Source: Patescibacteria group bacterium (GTDB lineage: Bacteria > Patescibacteriota > Minisyncoccia > JAHIHE01 > JAGLIN01). From it: a DNA stretch of 64,000 bases. This document shows positions 59,264 to 64,000 of the stretch, in pieces (the stretch's first letter is position 1; every line of letters starts with the position of its first letter). The stretch covers positions 76,478-140,477 of the forward strand of contig JARGGI010000002.1 in NCBI GenBank assembly GCA_029210775.1. Direction: 5' to 3'. Position numbers and translations under genes: made by a program. The notes beneath the pieces were generated by a model. That model ran no database searches and was not told the origin of the DNA. It saw only the letters and a list, made by a program, of their open reading frames with translations.

Positions 59264-61069
59264 CTATCTTTCATTAAGCTTTTTGATCGACAGATTATGT
59301 GCTTCTATATAATGAGTTACAAATTTTTTCCAGTCAGCCGAAAAGGCAACTTTTCTTGCCTGAATTTTATTATCAATTCTTTTTTTCTTTGAAAATAGTG
59401 TATATTTATATAGAATATCAATAAAACCTTCGATCATTTTTCCTTTTTCTTGATTTTCTATATCAAGGATATATACGCCTGGCAAGTTTTTGTCATTTAA
59501 CTCGTCATAGAAATATTTTCCAAATCCTGATAAATTACTGGTCAGCGATGCAACTCCTAAGGCTGCTGTCTCAAGGGGTGTATAACCCCATGGCTCATAA
59601 TATGAAGGAAAAACACCAAGATGACATGCTTGGATGCTTTGATAATAGTCAAGATCGCCAAGTCCATCAGCACCAGTTAAATATATTGGATAGAAAATAA
59701 CCTTGACTCTATCCTCTTCTCGATTTTCCAAACCTGCTTCCTTAAAAGCTTTCAAAATTGAATCGTCTTGTGGATTGGATATATTATGTGTTGAAAGTGG
59801 AGCTGATCCATTTTTAGATTTTAACCTCTGAAGCTTTCTTTTCATATCAAGAATAAAACCTTCTTCAAAAATAGATTTCTCATTAATTTTTTCTTCAGAG
59901 GAAATCGCATAAAGTAAATTTTCTTTAATATCGTCCTCCTCTTCTTCTAATAAATCTTTGAGATCCCTAAATGCCTCTCTTGCTTCAATGATATCTGGAT
60001 TTATGCCAGATGTTTCTGTCGGAACCCAAAAAAATGTAATCACTGTTTTTTTGCTATTATTCTTTTTCATTTTTTCGTTCAGCTTAGATAATGAGTCTAT
60101 AAAGATATCTAGACCCTTATTATGAAATTCATATCTACTTGCTGTAAAGAAAAATAGAGTATTTTCAAGATTGATTTTATAGTATGGGAAGAAATAATAC
60201 AAAACAAATTGTCTTAATTTGTTCCTATATTTTTTATGTTTTAATGCAGTTTCTTCAAAGCTCGGAAATTTTGTCATATCAAGACCATTTGGTAAGATTA
60301 TGTCAACTTCCTTACCAAGCATATATTTTGCTTCCATTGCCGTAATTTGACTTACTGTAGTAAATACATTAGCTTGTTCAGCAGATATTTTTTCCATATT
60401 GTGTTTTGCTTGAACCCCATATTTATATGCTTGTTCAGCTGGATTAATTTTATCTATTTGAGAATATAAATCTTCTCCATGACCAACGATTGTTCTTCCA
60501 AGAGTAGTTGCATGAGTCGTAAATACTGTGGAAATTTTTAAATTACTTTTCTTCAAATATAAAATTGTCGCTCCACAAAGCCATTCATGCGCTTGAACAA
60601 CAATACTTCTATCATGATGAACTTCTTTCATTTTTTCAATCATAATCCCAACGGCCCAACTCCAAACAACAGGTTCGTCAAATCCATAAGAACTGCCCAA
60701 CGAATCTAGTCCAAATCTTTCCCACATTTCCTTTTTGATATCATTAACTTCTGGCCAAAAATCCTTAAAATCAAGAAGAATAACCTTTGGCTCTCCTTCG
60801 ACAAGCCATGATCCGAAATGACAAACTATCCCTATTTCTTTTAATTCACTATAAATTGTTTTATATAGTTCTGGAATCGGTTCTTCTTTAAATACAAGTC
60901 TACTTTTGTCAGTAAAATAAGGACCAACAAGACAATATCCATTTTTATAATGTTTTTGCATATATCTTGCTTTTGAACTGAGAACTGTAAAAATTCCCCC
61001 AACCTTATTACAAGTCTCCCATGAAACTTCAAAAAGCATATCCGCTTTTGTTTTTGTGTTTTCTTTCAT
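59264..61069 (-). CDS. glycogen synthase, eukaryotic-type (GT3-like)
   Basis: N-terminus LFEVSWETCNKVGGIFTVLSSKARYM...YCLVGPYF is nearly collinear with the eukaryotic glycogen synthase N-terminus LFEVAWEVANKVGGIYTV...GPY. 601 aa. Confidence 0.7.
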   Translation of the reverse strand: MKENTKTKADMLFEVSWETCNKVGGIFTVLSSKARYMQKHYKNGYCLVGPYFTDKSRLVFKEEPIPELYKTIYSELKEIGIVCHFGSWLVEGEPKVILLDFKDFWPEVNDIKKEMWERFGLDSLGSSYGFDEPVVWSWAVGIMIEKMKEVHHDRSIVVQAHEWLCGATILYLKKSNLKISTVFTTHATTLGRTIVGHGEDLYSQIDKINPAEQAYKYGVQAKHNMEKISAEQANVFTTVSQITAMEAKYMLGKEVDIILPNGLDMTKFPSFEETALKHKKYRNKLRQFVLYYFFPYYKINLENTLFFFTASRYEFHNKGLDIFIDSLSKLNEKMKKNNSKKTVITFFWVPTETSGINPDIIEAREAFRDLKDLLEEEEDDIKENLLYAISSEEKINEKSIFEEGFILDMKRKLQRLKSKNGSAPLSTHNISNPQDDSILKAFKEAGLENREEDRVKVIFYPIYLTGADGLGDLDYYQSIQACHLGVFPSYYEPWGYTPLETAALGVASLTSNLSGFGKYFYDELNDKNLPGVYILDIENQEKGKMIEGFIDILYKYTLFSKKKRIDNKIQARKVAFSADWKKFVTHYIEAHNLSIKKLNER

Positions 61070-61087
61070 TTTTTTTATTATTTTTGT

Positions 61088-61756
61088 TTATTTTTTTCCT
61101 TCTATTATCCTTTGAGTTATTTTTAATTCAGAATTATCCGAATTTTCTTCTATTCCTTGATTCAAAATCTCCAATGCACGATCTTTTTCACCCCTTTCTT
61201 CAAGCATTAAAGCATAATTATTATAAGAAGAAATAAGAATTGGATTAATCTCTATGGCTTTCTTAAAATAATATTCAGCTTGATCATAATCTTTTAAAAT
61301 CCAATAAATATTTCCAATACTATTATATGCAGAGCTATTATTTTTATCAAGAGCTATTATTCTTGTATAATTTCTTATTGCGTCATTATAGTTTTTTAGA
61401 CGATAATTCGTGATTGCAAGTTCAGTTAGATAATTTAAGTCATTTGGTTCAGACTCTAACGCTTTTTCAAAATATAACAAGGCTGCGGAATAATTTTTTT
61501 TGTCAAAAGATTCAATTCCTGATTTATAATTTACTTCAGAAGTAATGTTTCTTTTTTCTACATATTTTTTACCAGTTTGAGAACTTTCATTTTTAGAATA
61601 AATATTATCATAAAAACCATAAATCTTTGGCATTAAAAAAACAAAAGAAACGACCGAAAGAATTATAAAAGCAAATAATCCAAATAAAATAAAGTCTCTT
61701 TCATATTTTTCAAGATAGGAATTTTTTTTAAATTTTTTTTGTTTCATTTTTATCAT
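61088..61756 (-). CDS. TPR-repeat protein with N-terminal TM anchor
   Basis: Repeated A-L-x-YF-K-A-L-E / N-x-G-N-IY 34-residue pattern. N-terminal hydrophobic helix. Confidence 0.65.
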   Translation of the reverse strand: MIKMKQKKFKKNSYLEKYERDFILFGLFAFIILSVVSFVFLMPKIYGFYDNIYSKNESSQTGKKYVEKRNITSEVNYKSGIESFDKKNYSAALLYFEKALESEPNDLNYLTELAITNYRLKNYNDAIRNYTRIIALDKNNSSAYNSIGNIYWILKDYDQAEYYFKKAIEINPILISSYNNYALMLEERGEKDRALEILNQGIEENSDNSELKITQRIIEGKK

Positions 61757-61788
61757 AATTATAATTTTATTTTTGTTAGATATAAAAT

Positions 61789-62175
61789 TTATTTTTTATT
61801 AAAAAACTTATCAATCTTTTTTATAATTTCCAATGGAGTACTTTTTGCCTTGATTACATAATCTACAATTCCAATATTTTTAGCTTCCTGAATATCTTCT
61901 TCATTTGAAAGATTTGAAGTAATAATCACTGGAGTAGATTTTATTTTCTCATCTTCTGACTTCCTAATTTCATCCAAAACCTCAAAACCATCCTTTTTTG
62001 GAAGAAGAATATCAAGTAAAACAAGATCTGGTTTTTCTTTTTTTATAATTTTTATTGCGACATCTCCGTTTTCTGCCGTTACAACCTGATATCCGCTAAG
62101 TTTTAATTTTATTTTATAAATATCCATTATAGCAGCTTCATCCTCAACTACTGCTATTTTTTTTATTTTATCCAT
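61789..62175 (-). CDS. stand-alone response regulator receiver (CheY-like) protein
   Basis: 128 aa. KIAVVEDEAAIMDIYKIKL...KPDLVLLDILLPKKDGFEVL...PVIITS...K: acidic pocket, phospho-acceptor Asp, T/S and K positions all present. Confidence 0.7.
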   Translation of the reverse strand: MDKIKKIAVVEDEAAIMDIYKIKLKLSGYQVVTAENGDVAIKIIKKEKPDLVLLDILLPKKDGFEVLDEIRKSEDEKIKSTPVIITSNLSNEEDIQEAKNIGIVDYVIKAKSTPLEIIKKIDKFFNKK

Positions 62176-62243
62176 TTTGATTAATATTATACTTTTGTTA
62201 ATTTAATTATAGCAAATACAAATTAAACCACAATAACCTAAAA

Positions 62244-63455
62244 TTATTTATATCTCAAAGCATCTAACGCATTTAATTTAGAAGCTCTTCTCGCAGGATA
62301 TAGGCCTGTCATAAATCCTACTATAGTAGAAAAAACAAGAATAATTATTATAAATTCTTTTGGAGTATAGAATAAATTAACCGCATCTCCGCCCAAAGAA
62401 CTTGCTAATTTGTTAATTCCAAAATTAAACAGTTTACCCCCCATAAAACCAATTAAAATTCCACTTATTCCTCCTAAGAAACCAATGATAACTGATTCAA
62501 CTAAAAATAGTTTCCAAATATCATCACGAGATGCTCCAAGAGCCTTCATAATTCCAATTTCTTGAATCCTCTCTAAAAGAGCGATGGTCATAGTATTAAA
62601 CATTCCTATTGCTGAAACAATCAAAGCTACCGCACCGAAAAGCGAAAGGATAATTTGCACGGCTTGGAAAATCTTATTAGCTTCATCAATAATATCTGAC
62701 AGGGCAGATACACTAAATCCCATTTCTATCATTTGATTTCGAACATTTTCCAATTCATCTTTATTTTTTACTTTGATTTTTATTGTAGAAAAATTTGGAA
62801 GATTTAAATGACTTACATCTGATGAGGGAACATATAAATATGAATTGTACTCATCTTTTATCACTCCAATAATTTCAAAATCACTCATCAGACTAACCTC
62901 CTCCTCTTCTTCAATGTTACCATCTGTTTTCTCTTTATCTTTTGATAAATATAATTTAATTGAAACTATTTTCCCAATTGCTTCTTCGCTTTCTAAAATA
63001 TTAAAAGATTTTAAAACAGCTGATGAAATTATAGCTTTGGTACTTTCTCCTGAATCAAACAGTTCTCCTTCATCTGCTTGTATTCCAGACAATTTAAAAA
63101 AGGAGGAGCTAACAGCATTTATCGTTGTTCCGCTACTCAGTTCGTCAATTTCAATTTGCGCAGGAATTGAAGTTATTGGACTTACTTCAGCAATTTCTGG
63201 AATTTCTTTTATCTTTTCCAAATTCTCATTATTCAATTCAATTATTGAAGATGACTCAGTATAAATATCCAGACTTAACAAGGCATCAGAAGTTGTGATT
63301 TGTTCCAATATAACTTTTTGTAATCCAAATCCGAAAGAGACAAGAAATAAAATTGTACCAATTCCAACTCCAATTCCAAGAATCGTCAAACTTGTTCTAA
63401 GTTTATTTGTTTTAAAAACTCTTGTTGACAATCGTAAAATGTCTAACGCTTGCAT
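62244..63455 (-). CDS. ABC transporter permease, FtsX/MacB family
   Basis: 403 aa. N-terminal TM, large periplasmic loop, 3 C-terminal TM helices. C-terminal GLYPARRASKLNALDALRYK. Confidence 0.8.
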   Translation of the reverse strand: MQALDILRLSTRVFKTNKLRTSLTILGIGVGIGTILFLVSFGFGLQKVILEQITTSDALLSLDIYTESSSIIELNNENLEKIKEIPEIAEVSPITSIPAQIEIDELSSGTTINAVSSSFFKLSGIQADEGELFDSGESTKAIISSAVLKSFNILESEEAIGKIVSIKLYLSKDKEKTDGNIEEEEEVSLMSDFEIIGVIKDEYNSYLYVPSSDVSHLNLPNFSTIKIKVKNKDELENVRNQMIEMGFSVSALSDIIDEANKIFQAVQIILSLFGAVALIVSAIGMFNTMTIALLERIQEIGIMKALGASRDDIWKLFLVESVIIGFLGGISGILIGFMGGKLFNFGINKLASSLGGDAVNLFYTPKEFIIIILVFSTIVGFMTGLYPARRASKLNALDALRYK

Positions 63456-63479
63456 GTGAATTATTTTATATTAATTTTT

Positions 63480-63971
63480 TCATTCAACTTTTGTTCCAAA
63501 CTTTACAAGCAAAATTATTTCCAAATCTCTAGATATTTTCCTTACAACTCTTTTATCAAGTCCTATCCCGCCTTTTTTAAAAGGAGAGTCTAATACCTTG
63601 CTAAATATTTCAGCTCCTATTTCATTTTTCAATCTCATGCCAACAAGATGTTCAAGTCTTCTTTTTTGTTGATCTTCCATTACTTTAATAAACGAACGAA
63701 TTAAATATTTTGTAATAAGTTTTGTTTTCAATCTCATTTCTTCCATATTTAATCTTGATGCAACTTCTTTCAAATCTCTCTGAAGAAGTTTTGCTCCTTC
63801 TATAATTTTTTCTGTTTCATAAGAATAACCAGAAGCAGTTCTTTCATCTAACCCCACTCCTCCTTTTTCAAATGATCTATCAAGCATCATTCTAAATTCA
63901 AATTTTGCAAGTTTTCCCATCATTCTCTTTCTGATAAATTCTTCTATCCTTTGAATCTGATCAATATTCAT
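63480..63971 (-). CDS. hypothetical protein with internal duplication (FEKGGVGLDERT... / FKKGGIGLDKRV...)
   Basis: 163 aa. Two F-x-KGG-[VI]-GLD-[EK]-R repeats about 100 aa apart. No family recognised. Confidence 0.35.
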   Translation of the reverse strand: MNIDQIQRIEEFIRKRMMGKLAKFEFRMMLDRSFEKGGVGLDERTASGYSYETEKIIEGAKLLQRDLKEVASRLNMEEMRLKTKLITKYLIRSFIKVMEDQQKRRLEHLVGMRLKNEIGAEIFSKVLDSPFKKGGIGLDKRVVRKISRDLEIILLVKFGTKVE

Positions 63972-64000
63972 TGAAGTTAATAAATATTCCGAAAGAACCT

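Noticed and set aside
58430-59264. Expected rplJ-rplL ribosomal protein genes upstream of rpoB
   Set aside because: No ORFs of the right size or sequence are present. The region is filled with repeat elements and a putative ncRNA/promoter, so rpoBC appears to be uncoupled from rplJL in this genome.

Overview
This is an AT-rich bacterial chromosomal segment. GC is roughly 30% by eye. The standard genetic code applies: no in-frame TGA appears in rpoB, rpoC or uvrA. About 60 protein genes and one tRNA are present, mostly on the minus strand, with short intergenic regions. The gene style is consistent with a small-genome CPR/Patescibacteria-like organism, which is inference rather than something read from the sequence. 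That style includes minimal housekeeping genes, K/E-rich low-complexity tails, and many secreted Cys-rich or Asp-rich surface proteins.

Clear housekeeping genes are an ABC-F ATPase (5' partial), an ABC exporter, HtpX, LemA, groES-groEL with a CIRCE operator, uvrA, secG, a peptide-type ABC substrate-binding protein, a PGI-like protein, tRNA-Leu(CAG), RNase J, trpS, mscS, ychF, the rpsF-ssb-rpsR operon, recA, a RodZ-like protein, ftsK, rpoB-rpoC, a eukaryotic-type (GT3-like) glycogen synthase, a CheY-like response regulator and an FtsX-type permease.

Four accessory or unusual blocks stand out:
1. A block at 3.3-11.4 kb holds three different HEXXH metalloproteases interleaved with secreted proteins that share a C-terminal thrombospondin-type-3-like Ca-binding module. 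It also holds a very large Cys-rich surface protein with an internal two-helix membrane hairpin.
2. A short AbiEii-family nucleotidyltransferase with a small overlapping partner gene, plus a second stand-alone Pol-beta-type nucleotidyltransferase gene.
3. A glycan-synthesis locus at 30.5-41 kb combining two sugar-1-phosphate nucleotidyltransferases, a PMM/PGM, tandem HAD paralogs, a GtrB-like plus processive (QxxRW) tandem GT2 fusion, a GT-C membrane domain fused to a GH8 hydrolase domain (textbook GH8 signature), and GtrA.
4. A dispersed family of GC-rich palindromic MITE-like elements (termini TTGTCAT...ATGACAA) with at least 12 copies in intergenic regions. One sits inside the groES-groEL spacer, and two near-identical ~110-130 bp copies have 11-bp terminal inverted repeats.

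No CRISPR array, rRNA or intact transposase was seen. Everything is based on reading the sequence and the ORF translations by eye. No database searches were run.
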